Shown: one piece after another, positions 37,755 through 48,000 of the stretch | Numbering within the stretch: position 1 is the first letter of the stretch | Layout of the letters: every line of letters starts with the position of its first letter | Source of the DNA: Patescibacteria group bacterium | Lineage (GTDB): Bacteria; Patescibacteriota; Dojkabacteria; GCA-002793355 | Reading direction: 5' to 3' | Length of the DNA: 64,000 bases | Assembly: GCA_016860985.1 (NCBI GenBank) | Contig: BOKM01000001.1 | Span: forward strand, 399,462-463,461 | The notes under the pieces: generated by a model | Databases searched by the model: none | What the model saw: the letters and a program-made list of their open reading frames with translations, nothing else | Told to the model about the DNA's origin: nothing | Position numbers and translations under genes: made by a program

Positions 37755-37775
37755 TAAATTGACTGTTCGCAGATA

Positions 37776-39233
37776 CTACTGATTACTTGTAACTTGAGCT
37801 CCAGAGCGAAAAACATTGTCTAAATCGAGCAGATAATACCACCAATCATTTGCTTTTCCGTCGCTTCCTACACCTTTATATTTCGGAAAGTGTTTCATCC
37901 ACCAGCCAAAATACCCATATTCGGTGCAACCCCATTCTGTACATGTAACATTTTTCTTCACTTTGCCATATTTCGACAAATCTGGATAATCGTAAAAAGT
38001 GTCGCAGGTTGTTGCAACAACATTTGTTGTGTTGCCGTAATCATAATCACTGACAGCATTGGGAGGGTAATGCCCCGATCCACATCCACTATAAGAAAAA
38101 TCAGGTGACTGTGCCTTCACTAGCCCAAACTTATCCCAGCTATGGCTAATCCTATTTTCCGCCCAACTGCCATAAACCGTTCCCATAGTTGCTTCGAATC
38201 TGTGACTAAAATTGTGAATACTTGTCCCTATGTCTCGCTCGTATGACATTGGCATCATTACCGTCGTTCGCGAGTATGTATTGTCAATAATTGGTGGAGA
38301 ATTAATTCCAAACGCATGAGGTCCGATTGCCTGACTTTCCCACATTGACATCCATGGTGCACCGTAAATCCACACTTCATCAATTGTTCCGTTGTTTACT
38401 TTGCCTGGGAGCCCATACGTAGACATTAGTTTTTTCATATTTGTTTCGCCATTAAGACATTTTTCGTGGGTTGGGTCGTTAAGACAAGCAAAAAATTCAC
38501 TTTGCGTGTAGGTAAAGTTTGCAGTACATTGTGTTGGACGAGAACAATTGCCAGCTGCAGAACATTTACTCCAATACTCGTTCGAGAAGCATCCATTAGT
38601 CCATTCTGTAAAGCTATTATGCGTATACTCTTCTACAATATTAAAAGTAACATGACCACTCGTTGTAGTCTTAAAAAAACTCGCAACCTGTGGGGCAAGC
38701 TGTGCTGGGTCGTTCCAACCCGTGCACTGATGAAGCTTCATTTGAGCGCCGCCTTGTGATGGACACGAGATAGTCGGATTAACATGAATTAGTAAAACCT
38801 TGCGAATAAAATGCTTAGAGTTTAATACATTAGTACTTGTTGCTGTTGGTGTTTGAGTAGTCGTAGCAGTTGGCGTTGTACTATTTGTCACAATCGGCGT
38901 TGCGCTATTTGTTGGTGTTGGTGTACTAACAGAAGGCAAAGGCACTGCGGATACTGTTACTTGCGGAGGTAATAATGTAACGACTGGTAAAGAATTGCCT
39001 ACCCACGAATCTACATGGATACTAGGAACAAATAGGTGACCAATGGGAGTTGCAGCTGGAGTAGGGTCTCCCTTTATCCCTTGCACCCAATCACGGATAA
39101 TCCGTGTCTTTTCGGGAGTAACCACAAACAAAGATAAAGTGATACCTACCAATAAGCCAGCACTAATACCAATTAACCACATTGCTGTAGATATCTTTTT
39201 TTCTGGAAGCAATGGCGGTGCAAATTCAACCAT
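37776..39233 (-). CDS. Membrane-anchored Cys/Trp-rich extracellular protein, possible metallo-hydrolase
   Basis: N-terminal TM, Thr/Pro linker, DEVWIYG, YER....IHNFSHRFE and GSGHYPPN motifs. Confidence 0.65.
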   Translation of the reverse strand: MVEFAPPLLPEKKISTAMWLIGISAGLLVGITLSLFVVTPEKTRIIRDWVQGIKGDPTPAATPIGHLFVPSIHVDSWVGNSLPVVTLLPPQVTVSAVPLPSVSTPTPTNSATPIVTNSTTPTATTTQTPTATSTNVLNSKHFIRKVLLIHVNPTISCPSQGGAQMKLHQCTGWNDPAQLAPQVASFFKTTTSGHVTFNIVEEYTHNSFTEWTNGCFSNEYWSKCSAAGNCSRPTQCTANFTYTQSEFFACLNDPTHEKCLNGETNMKKLMSTYGLPGKVNNGTIDEVWIYGAPWMSMWESQAIGPHAFGINSPPIIDNTYSRTTVMMPMSYERDIGTSIHNFSHRFEATMGTVYGSWAENRISHSWDKFGLVKAQSPDFSYSGCGSGHYPPNAVSDYDYGNTTNVVATTCDTFYDYPDLSKYGKVKKNVTCTEWGCTEYGYFGWWMKHFPKYKGVGSDGKANDWWYYLLDLDNVFRSGAQVTSNQ

Positions 39234-39234
39234 A

Positions 39235-40302
39235 TTAATTGTGAACCACAATTAAGTCACCTACCTTGCTCCATTCAAACACTTTTTTAGCATCACTGAC
39301 CGTTAACCTTAGACATCCGGTACTTCTTGGCTTACCTATGTTTGTTTCTGGTTCAAAGATCTTCTTATCTCCAGTTTTTTGAAAACCTGGATACCAATAT
39401 ACTAAAGCATGTATACCGAGCATCGCTTTTTGTCGCGAATCATATGTAAAAGCCTGCCAGTAAGGCATCCATTTGTCGGCGGTTGAAGACCACGCGAGTG
39501 GCGATTTGTTAAGAATCTCATAAACACCAACAGGATTGTATTCCGGGAATGCACCTGAAATTCTGAATTTTTTGTAGCTTCCCTTTTCCCACATAAACAT
39601 CAATTGTCGAGAGCCATCAAACTCTAAATATTTTTGAGCAAACTGCCCATCTGTATTTGGCAAATCCTTACGCACAGGAACTTGTAACACCATTGGTTTA
39701 ATGGTCGTATACATTCCAGTTACTAATGAAAACTCACTATTACTGATATAGAGCTCTGCAACTTGTTGAGCCAAGCTCTCGTAGTCAACAACATTATCAT
39801 TGATTCTTGCCTGAACTGTTTTGTTCCCCTGCTTGTTTTTTAGTGTTTCTAGCGGTTGTGCAAAACGAATATTCTTTTCAAGTAGCTGCTGCAAACAGGG
39901 AATATCGATAGCAAGTTGGTAGCTTTTGCAAGAACCAATTTGAGGAACCTGCTGGGTGTATTGGCCGCACGAGAGTATTTCAGCCGCGCTCACAACGAGC
40001 TCTTCCGTGCCAAAATACAGGGCTACTTCTGGTCGAACATGCTTTAGGGACTTAGTGTAGTCGCTCGTACTTATACAACTTTCACTGCTCGTAGATTCGC
40101 CAAGTACAGCAGTTATGTTTTCTTGCTCCTTTAAAGCTAATTCGCTCACCCGCTGCGACATTGTATCTTCTACAACGACAGGAGATGGTTCTTGGTTCGA
40201 TGCGAAAATAAGTGGGTACTTAAGAACTCCAATGCCCCCAAATATTCCAAAGATACCAAAACAAAGAAGCCCCAAGAAGAATTTGTCGGAATTACTACTC
40301 AT
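39235..40302 (-). CDS. L,D-transpeptidase (YkuD) family protein
   Basis: WMPYW, GIH and IGKPRSTGCLRL (catalytic His/Cys); N-terminal TM. Confidence 0.85.
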   Translation of the reverse strand: MSSNSDKFFLGLLCFGIFGIFGGIGVLKYPLIFASNQEPSPVVVEDTMSQRVSELALKEQENITAVLGESTSSESCISTSDYTKSLKHVRPEVALYFGTEELVVSAAEILSCGQYTQQVPQIGSCKSYQLAIDIPCLQQLLEKNIRFAQPLETLKNKQGNKTVQARINDNVVDYESLAQQVAELYISNSEFSLVTGMYTTIKPMVLQVPVRKDLPNTDGQFAQKYLEFDGSRQLMFMWEKGSYKKFRISGAFPEYNPVGVYEILNKSPLAWSSTADKWMPYWQAFTYDSRQKAMLGIHALVYWYPGFQKTGDKKIFEPETNIGKPRSTGCLRLTVSDAKKVFEWSKVGDLIVVHN

Positions 40303-41824
40303 CTTGTGAAGATTGATTCTTAAGTCGACTGATCAATTCGCTTAAGCGCTTTTCGCGCCTTAACATAATATCGTTGAGCTTATCCAAGGTTTCAATCCTT
40401 TCGTGAAGTTCTCGCTCAGCATTTTTTTGTGCCGTTACGTCTCGCACAATTTCGATAGCACCAACCTTGCGCCCGTAGTTATCGTAAAGGGGTTTTGCGA
40501 CACATAACACAACTTGGTTTTTTCCTTCTAAGTATACAGACAGCGTTTCTCCTTCTCTGTGAACATCTTGCCCTTTATAATACTTACTGGTTGTTAGGCC
40601 TTTAAGAACTAAATCTACGAGCATTGGTCGTTTCTTTCCATAAAATGGTACTGAATAGGCATAATCGCCCTTTCCGACCATTACTTCGGATTTAATTCCT
40701 GTCATTGTTTCCATCGCCTTATTCCAATTGATGACAATACCTTTTTCGTCTATTACAAAAACAGGGTCTGGAAGAAAGTTAATTATAGAAGAAAACAGAA
40801 ACTCTGATTTTTTTATTTTTTTTCTCTCGTTCTTTTGTTTGGTAATGTTGTGAAGGTAATAAATATATCCGACGGTACGTTTCTTTTCATCAAGCAATGA
40901 TGTTCTCATTACTTCTACCCACACATTTAGCTTCTTTATAAATACCTCAAAACCTTCGGCAGTATCGATAAACATTCCTCGACCCATAATTGTTGTACCT
41001 TTTTTCGAATCATCACCCATCATCTTTTTTGCAGCCTCGTTTGTCTCTATAACTTCCCCACGTGCATTTGTAATTACGATACCACTAGTAATACTATCCA
41101 ATACTTTTTCTCTTGCTGCGGGTAATAGCTCAAAATATTTATTACGGAAGAAACTATAACTAAGCACTAATCCTGTAGCTGCAAATGCAATAGGAGTTAA
41201 ATCGTACCCGTTCTCGAATGAAGGAATATAAATATATGCGATATTCGCAATCCAAGGGAAAATGATCGAGATTAACGTATTACGAACCAATCTCTTTGTT
41301 TCTGCTACTTGTTTGCTTGCATAGTACGCGAGCAAACCGACTCCAGATGCCAAACACAAATATTGGCCAATCATATGAACGAAAAAGAGCGGGCCATGTT
41401 CATAAACAACTGTTGCAAACCCTCCCTCTGAAACGGCTCTCGTACTCGTCCAGAGTAAATGATGATACTCATTCGTAAAAACGACCGTACACGCCAAAAC
41501 AACGAAGACTGTCAGCAAATATTTCACCCATCTAAAAGCATTTTTGTCGTACTGGGCAAATTCAATGGAAAACAATAGCCACATTGGACCAGCAAGTGTT
41601 ATTCCAAGGTAAGAGAGTTGGCTTAATAATACTTTATTTGCAGCTCCGTAGACGCTACCTTCAAGTGCCCCCATTAACGACCACCACGCTGCCGCAGCCA
41701 TAACGTAACCTAACAAGAGGGCCCCTTTGTAGTTTTTTCTGCGGATAAGAAAGAGTGATAACACAAGCAGGAAAATAAAATTCACAAAGAGAACTGTTGA
41801 GTAAGCAGTAATTTGGAGCAGCAT
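40295..41824 (-). CDS. HisKA_7TM membrane sensor with two PAS domains and a terminal coiled coil, no output domain
   Basis: TNEYHHLLW/GPLF 7TM motifs; PAS motifs LPDPVFVID, WNKAME and GAIEIVRDVT. Confidence 0.8.
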   Translation of the reverse strand: MLLQITAYSTVLFVNFIFLLVLSLFLIRRKNYKGALLLGYVMAAAAWWSLMGALEGSVYGAANKVLLSQLSYLGITLAGPMWLLFSIEFAQYDKNAFRWVKYLLTVFVVLACTVVFTNEYHHLLWTSTRAVSEGGFATVVYEHGPLFFVHMIGQYLCLASGVGLLAYYASKQVAETKRLVRNTLISIIFPWIANIAYIYIPSFENGYDLTPIAFAATGLVLSYSFFRNKYFELLPAAREKVLDSITSGIVITNARGEVIETNEAAKKMMGDDSKKGTTIMGRGMFIDTAEGFEVFIKKLNVWVEVMRTSLLDEKKRTVGYIYYLHNITKQKNERKKIKKSEFLFSSIINFLPDPVFVIDEKGIVINWNKAMETMTGIKSEVMVGKGDYAYSVPFYGKKRPMLVDLVLKGLTTSKYYKGQDVHREGETLSVYLEGKNQVVLCVAKPLYDNYGRKVGAIEIVRDVTAQKNAERELHERIETLDKLNDIMLRREKRLSELISRLKNQSSQDE

Positions 41825-41858
41825 AATGCACTATAATGAAAATTTCATTTTTTGTATA

Positions 41859-44800
41859 TTATTTATTCTCATCTAGAACAAGAGTCGTTGTAACTAATGT
41901 AAGGTTGTCGCGATTGTTCTTAGAGTCCACATATATCGCTTTTACTTTTTGTCCTGCCTCAATGATTGAATACCGGTTATCCATGACCTTAAGGTAGTAA
42001 GCACCACTCGCGACCGCGAAATTATAATTTCCTTCTTTATCAGTAAATGTTCTGTATAAAAGATTTTTAAACTCAGTATCAAATAACCCCAATTCTACCC
42101 CGCCAACTGCCTCACCCTTTTTTGTTCGTACAGTTCCAACTTTCTTGCTGTGTAAGAGAAGTAATAGTGCTTTTGCCCCAAGAATAACGAGATAAAGTGA
42201 TACAGCAAAATAATTGTATATGTGCGGGTAAACAAAACTTGCATACAGACTGTACACGAGCCCTACTAACAATAATCCTGTGCTCCCATATGCTGCAATG
42301 CGATCAATAACGGATACTATTTTCACCCTTTGTGCCTGTGCCTCACTAATGACAATTGGATCCATAGGAACTGAAAGCATAACAGTATCAGCAGCATTTT
42401 TCACTGCAAAAGACTTTCCAAGATACACATTTGCATAACCTCCATCAACAAGTTGATTAACCAAGGAAGAAGGAAACGAATACAATGGGTGGTCAACCGT
42501 TAGAATATATTCTCCTGCATGTGCAGACAATCTCATGACTCCGTTCGCATCTGTAACCACCGTATCTACGATTTTTCCGCCATTTTGAGTTTTCAAACGT
42601 ACAACTGCTCGAGCAATAGGCTTTTTCGTCACCGAATCATAAACAACCCCGTAGCTTCTTCTTCTTTTTCTATCTAGAAAACCGGCGAGCGCCAAGAATA
42701 TATTCCCTTGCACTGTATTTTGCATCGCGATGGCACCACCTTTTGCAGCCAGCGCATAGACTGAGGCAAACTGTATAACAGCCGCTTCTACCACCAGTGC
42801 ACCGGCGCCAATTGCTGTGGCATTGCTCCACGGAACAGTTTTTACTACAGCAATCTCTCGTTGTATTTTTGAATTACAATTTCCATTATCTGCCATAAGA
42901 TTTATTGTCATCGATGTTGGAGGAGTTATTACCTTTTCTCCCTGTGGAGGAAGGTGCGCATCATACCCACTCCACACTACTCTAGTCGCATTTGTCGCTT
43001 TCCAAGAGAAGGTTAGCGTTTCACCTTCTTCAATGACGGTACTTGATACTTTTAGGTAGTCAAACGTTGGACAACTCTGAGTTTCGATTTCATTTTGCTT
43101 TGGAGGTAAATCATTATCCCCTGTCACTGGTGGCAAGGTAGGAATCATTATGGAAGAGGAAGGCAAAACTGTAGTTATACCAGTAGTGCTACCTGTAACT
43201 GTTGTAGTCACAGAAGTTGTCACCGAGGATGTAACTGTTATCGTGGTTGTTACTGTTCCGGTTGGGGTTGTTGTTCCAGATGTTGTAGCAGTTGTGGTCG
43301 GTGTGGCAGTAGAAGACGAGGTTGGAGTACTTGTTGGCGTATCAGATGGTGAATCGGTGGGAGTATCAGTAGGAGTATCGGTTGGTGTTGGTGTTGCAGT
43401 TGGAGTACTCGTAGGAGCGACGTACTGAAAACTTGGATAGCCATCGTTGTAGCTTCCAGTAATTACCCAAAGACTCGAGAAATTCCACCCAGAAAAGGTT
43501 CCTTCTGTCTTCATTGCGGATGTGCTTTCCCCACTACCTCCCGCGCTATTTGATTCTCCGCTTGTATCTGTATCCCAATAACTTGATGTGATACTTCCAG
43601 TCCCTTGACTATATCCGGCAAAACCTCCGATGTCCCATTCATAATCTGGTTCTGTGTTTACCGTAAGTCCGCCTGCTGCATAACTGTTAGTGATAGTCGA
43701 TGTGCGAAATTCTCCCACAAACCCACCAATTGCCCACGCATAGTTACCATCTTGAGGGTTTGGTGAATTAACAGTAACCGATGCCCGTGTGTAGGAGTTC
43801 GAAATTGTGCCACTTCGATGTTCTCCAACAAAACCTCCAACACCAGAAACGTCTTCAAGAGCGGTAACCGTAACATTTCCAGTTGCAAACGATTCCTGAA
43901 TAGAGGGATTGGCTTGTCCATACCTATTTCTTGTTAATCCTGTGAACCCACCAATGTCATTTCCCCACGGACCTGTATTCGAAACACTTCCTGTTGAATA
44001 ACTTCTTAATACGGTTGCTCCGTCATATACTGTTCCAGCAAAACCACCAACATCATAGTTGTCTTCTCCATCGGCCGTAACATTTCCAGTTGAATAGCAA
44101 TCTTCTACTCTAGTTGTTCCGAGATACGTACCATATCCTCCCAGACCACCAACAAACCCCGCATTGTCGTAGTTATCACCATAGCCACTCGCTGCTCCAA
44201 CTCCCACATGCACATCACCAGTAGCATAGCTTCTGTAGACTTCAGAACTGCCGACTTGCCAACCAACAAATCCTCCGGTGAAATACGTATCGACCCCACT
44301 ACTAATATCCCCGGTTGCATAAGAATCTTCAATTACCGCAGTACCGCGAGTCATCCCCACAAAACCGCCTGTTCCTCCATAAACTCCATCGAGGAGACTA
44401 ATTTCTACATTTGCATGACTGGTCGTGATGTAGGCATCACCTTCTGCTATACCTACCAAACCACCGACAGTTTCAGTGTCGTAGTCCATTATGACTTGCG
44501 TAATAGTACCTGTTGCACTGCTATGGTGAAGTTCTCCTCCGTTCATCGTGCCAACGAGGGTACTTATCGTCCCCATAGAGCTTACCGATTTAACCACTTG
44601 GACGTTTGTAAGATTTACACCGGTAATTGTCGCCCCATTTGTATTTGCAAAAAGCCCAGTCGATGTCGCATTAACCACCAACGAGAGATTTTGTATTTCG
44701 TAACTGTCACCATCGTATCTACCTTCAAATCCCCCTCCCGACAATCCAATTGGCGTAAACGATACGGCAGTACAATCAATATCATTCATTTGAAGATAAT

Positions 44801-45020
44801 AGGCAGTAAGATCCGAATCAACTTCTTGCAATTGTGCGCAGGTTGTTACTTGATACGGATCACCAATCGTTCCTGTACCTGAACCAGAAAAAGCTGATGC
44901 CTGCTTACCTTTTACTAATGCGAGAATAGTTACAAAAACGAGCACTGATGCAACAGACAATATCAATGACCAGGATTGAAGTATCCATACAAAAAATGAA
45001 TGAGTGCTACGGCGCTGCAT
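41859..45020 (-). CDS. Large surface protein: GLUG-repeat beta-helix, Thr/Pro linker, conserved membrane anchor module
   Basis: GSGT..DPYQV; repeated SYATG.V...VGGFVG; same C-terminal module as 5629..9291. Confidence 0.85.
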   Translation of the reverse strand: MQRRSTHSFFVWILQSWSLILSVASVLVFVTILALVKGKQASAFSGSGTGTIGDPYQVTTCAQLQEVDSDLTAYYLQMNDIDCTAVSFTPIGLSGGGFEGRYDGDSYEIQNLSLVVNATSTGLFANTNGATITGVNLTNVQVVKSVSSMGTISTLVGTMNGGELHHSSATGTITQVIMDYDTETVGGLVGIAEGDAYITTSHANVEISLLDGVYGGTGGFVGMTRGTAVIEDSYATGDISSGVDTYFTGGFVGWQVGSSEVYRSYATGDVHVGVGAASGYGDNYDNAGFVGGLGGYGTYLGTTRVEDCYSTGNVTADGEDNYDVGGFAGTVYDGATVLRSYSTGSVSNTGPWGNDIGGFTGLTRNRYGQANPSIQESFATGNVTVTALEDVSGVGGFVGEHRSGTISNSYTRASVTVNSPNPQDGNYAWAIGGFVGEFRTSTITNSYAAGGLTVNTEPDYEWDIGGFAGYSQGTGSITSSYWDTDTSGESNSAGGSGESTSAMKTEGTFSGWNFSSLWVITGSYNDGYPSFQYVAPTSTPTATPTPTDTPTDTPTDSPSDTPTSTPTSSSTATPTTTATTSGTTTPTGTVTTTITVTSSVTTSVTTTVTGSTTGITTVLPSSSIMIPTLPPVTGDNDLPPKQNEIETQSCPTFDYLKVSSTVIEEGETLTFSWKATNATRVVWSGYDAHLPPQGEKVITPPTSMTINLMADNGNCNSKIQREIAVVKTVPWSNATAIGAGALVVEAAVIQFASVYALAAKGGAIAMQNTVQGNIFLALAGFLDRKRRRSYGVVYDSVTKKPIARAVVRLKTQNGGKIVDTVVTDANGVMRLSAHAGEYILTVDHPLYSFPSSLVNQLVDGGYANVYLGKSFAVKNAADTVMLSVPMDPIVISEAQAQRVKIVSVIDRIAAYGSTGLLLVGLVYSLYASFVYPHIYNYFAVSLYLVILGAKALLLLLHSKKVGTVRTKKGEAVGGVELGLFDTEFKNLLYRTFTDKEGNYNFAVASGAYYLKVMDNRYSIIEAGQKVKAIYVDSKNNRDNLTLVTTTLVLDENK

Positions 45021-48000
45021 TGTTTGCGAGATTAACAACTAAATCATGTGCAATCAAACGAACTTCTGACGATGACTTCCTTTTCACTGCAGGAATTTCA
45101 ATGCCTTGCGTATTATTGCCAGAATATACTTTATACGTGTTATCCATAAGACGAAGAACGTATGCTTTATTGGGCACCGCAAAGTTATATTCACCTTTTT
45201 CGTTGGTAAACGTTCTATAAAGAAGTGTATTAAACTCTTTATCAAATATTCCAACTTCGACTCCTGCAAGAGGCTTTCCCGTCACTGTACTTACCCTACC
45301 AAAGGTTCGCGGCGACCATAAAGTAAGAAGGAGTTTTCCAATACATACTGAGCCATATAATACAGATGCAAAAATATTTATTGGTAAAGGAAAAAGTGTT
45401 GCGACATACAAACTGTAACCAAATCCCGCAAAGAGCGTAATGGTACTTGCAGTGCTTAAAGCTTCAAAACCAGCATCAAAAATCAATCGTGTTCTTCTTT
45501 TTGCTTGTGTTTCTTTTTCAGGGTCTAAAGGTATAGAGACCGTTACTTGTTGATCGGCAGCTCCTTGTGTAAGAACTCCCCCAAAATAAAGATGCGTATA
45601 TCCACCGTCAGTATCACCCTTTACATAAGTAGAAGGAAATTGATAACCAGCGCGAACAACCCGTATAAGATACCTTCCGGGTTGAGTTTTTAATTGGAAA
45701 ACACCCTGAGCATCTGACACGACTGTATCAACAACAGCTTCAGTGTCAACATTTAATAATCGAATAACAACTCGACCGAGCGGATTCTTCGTTTTCGAGT
45801 CATACACTATGCCCCAAGCTTGGCGTTTCTTTCTTCTATTGAAAATCGATAAAGCGACTCCCCACAAATTTGTTGACATTACCGCTCCCGAAGAGCCAAT
45901 AGTCGCCGTACCAAGTGAGACTGCTTGTTGCAAAAGAATTTCTGCTACCAAGGCACTTGCACCGACAGCAGTTGCAGTTTGCAATTGTTGTTGAGCAGGA
46001 TTCTCAAAGTTCACTACTTCAGAAGCAATACAAGCACCGTTATCTGCTATAAGCTTTGCTTTTCGATCTGCAGGGACAATAAATGGTGTAGAGCCAGACA
46101 CAGCTACAAGAGAACCATTTATTGTAACTTTTGTGGTATTTTTTGTTATCCAAGAGAGTTCAACCCGCTCGCCTTCTGCTGCAATAGTAGGCGAACTAGC
46201 AAAAGTTAAAATAACAGGACAAATGGGACTTTGTTGGGCTTCTCTTCTTGAGGATATTGTATTTTCTGGTGTGGCAGTGACACTTGAGGTAACAGGAGGA
46301 GTTGATGTGACAGTTCCGGTTCCTGTTAAAGTTGGTGTTACTGTTGCAGTTACACTCGTTGGTGTAGGTGTAACTGTAGCTGTGCTCGATGGTGTTGGTG
46401 TAGGAGTTGGTTGGACCGCAGTTGTAAATTGAACGACCTCCCCATACGCGGTGCCGAGTGAATTCGTTGCGTATGCTCTTACATAATATAGTGTATTCGA
46501 TTGCAACTCGGAAAGCAGCGTATACATTTCTCCAGTAGTGCCGGTTGTTGATTGCACAGTGTCACTAAGTGTTGGGGAAGATTCAGTTGTAGAATAGACG
46601 ACACCACGTTCGATAATAGCAAGGTATCCATCTGACTCGACATTTCCTCCAACCATAGCAGAGTTGTGAGTGAGCAGTGAAATTGAGCCTGTGGTTACTG
46701 TGGGTAATTCCCCACAGGGCACAAAGGAGGAGTCTCGTTTTACAATTATCGACGATTGACCTGCTCCTGTTTGCATTGCGAGTGCAAGATAATTCGCACC
46801 GTTACAAGCCGGGTCATGGTATAAATCAATATCATCTGCATGAAGACCTGTTTCAGTAAACTCACTCAGCACATTATTCCATGAACTCCCGTTAAATTCT
46901 TTGACGGAAAAAGTTGTATCTCCAGTAGGTACTGCGTACCACATGGCGTCTTCAGTTTGATTATATTCAAGACTAGCAGGAAAAGTGCTTGAATCATAAA
47001 CAGAAGGGAAATCGAAATCCGCACCCATTTGTGTTTTTGCAGAGCCACCTGGCGAGCTGTATACCTTAAACGTGTTTGTTACAACATTTTCGGTTGCGAA
47101 GATCCAAGAGGAGTTGCCTTGATCATAATCAAAATCTTGAACAGAAGTCGGAGAAGTAAACAAAGCAGACACAGGATTATTCCAAAGAGTTCCTGTAAAC
47201 TCACTCACGCTTCCATTTGAACATGCGTACCACGTAAAATTATTAACTGGATCTCCTATCAGTAAATTGGGATTAAGTATGGTTAATCCGTTTGTTGTAG
47301 TACAGGGAATTTCTTGAATCGTTACCCATCCACCGAGATCTGGGTTAAAGTTGTATCCATATACAAGATCATCTCCTACACCACTCGGGTCGGGAAAGAC
47401 GTATAAATATGGCAATTGAGCAATTGGTTGACAAAACATCCCAAGTCCGTACGCTGCATTATTTGAGCTTGCACCAGCGACACCTAACACGCCCCAAACT
47501 CCATTCTCATAACGGTATAATGTTGCTTTATCACTTTCAGAGGCGTCTGCAATAAGTGCAACCATACGCCCATCTTCGCAAGTGTCAAAACTGAACCTTC
47601 CTTGACCACTTGACGTTAAAGGGTTGGAAAACCTACTGTTTCCAACTAACTCCCAGTTCCCTGTGTTTTTATTGTATCTGCGCACAGTTACCTTATAATT
47701 ACTTTCACTTTGACTATACTCTGGGTAAGCAACTATTGGATCCTGATTTTGCTTGTCGGTACGTACGAAAACACTGCCCGTATACCCTCCAGGATTAATC
47801 GGAGATCCGACATTTTCCCACTCTGCAACGGGAAGAGTGGGGGTCGGCACGGGGGGTATATCAAATTGCATTTTGTATATTGAGCCCGGATCACACGTGG
47901 AACCGTTGTAAAGACATCCATTCGATGCATACATCAAATCGTTGTTAACATCTAGTGCAATATTGTAAGGGCCATTATATGTCCCTGAATCAGGAGAGGG

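Noticed and set aside
43550-44882. Repetitive DNA and a 224-aa + strand ORF in the GLUG gene, considered as CRISPR or DGR repeats
   Set aside because: Repeats are degenerate at protein level; no identical repeat-spacer units, cas genes or reverse transcriptase in the window
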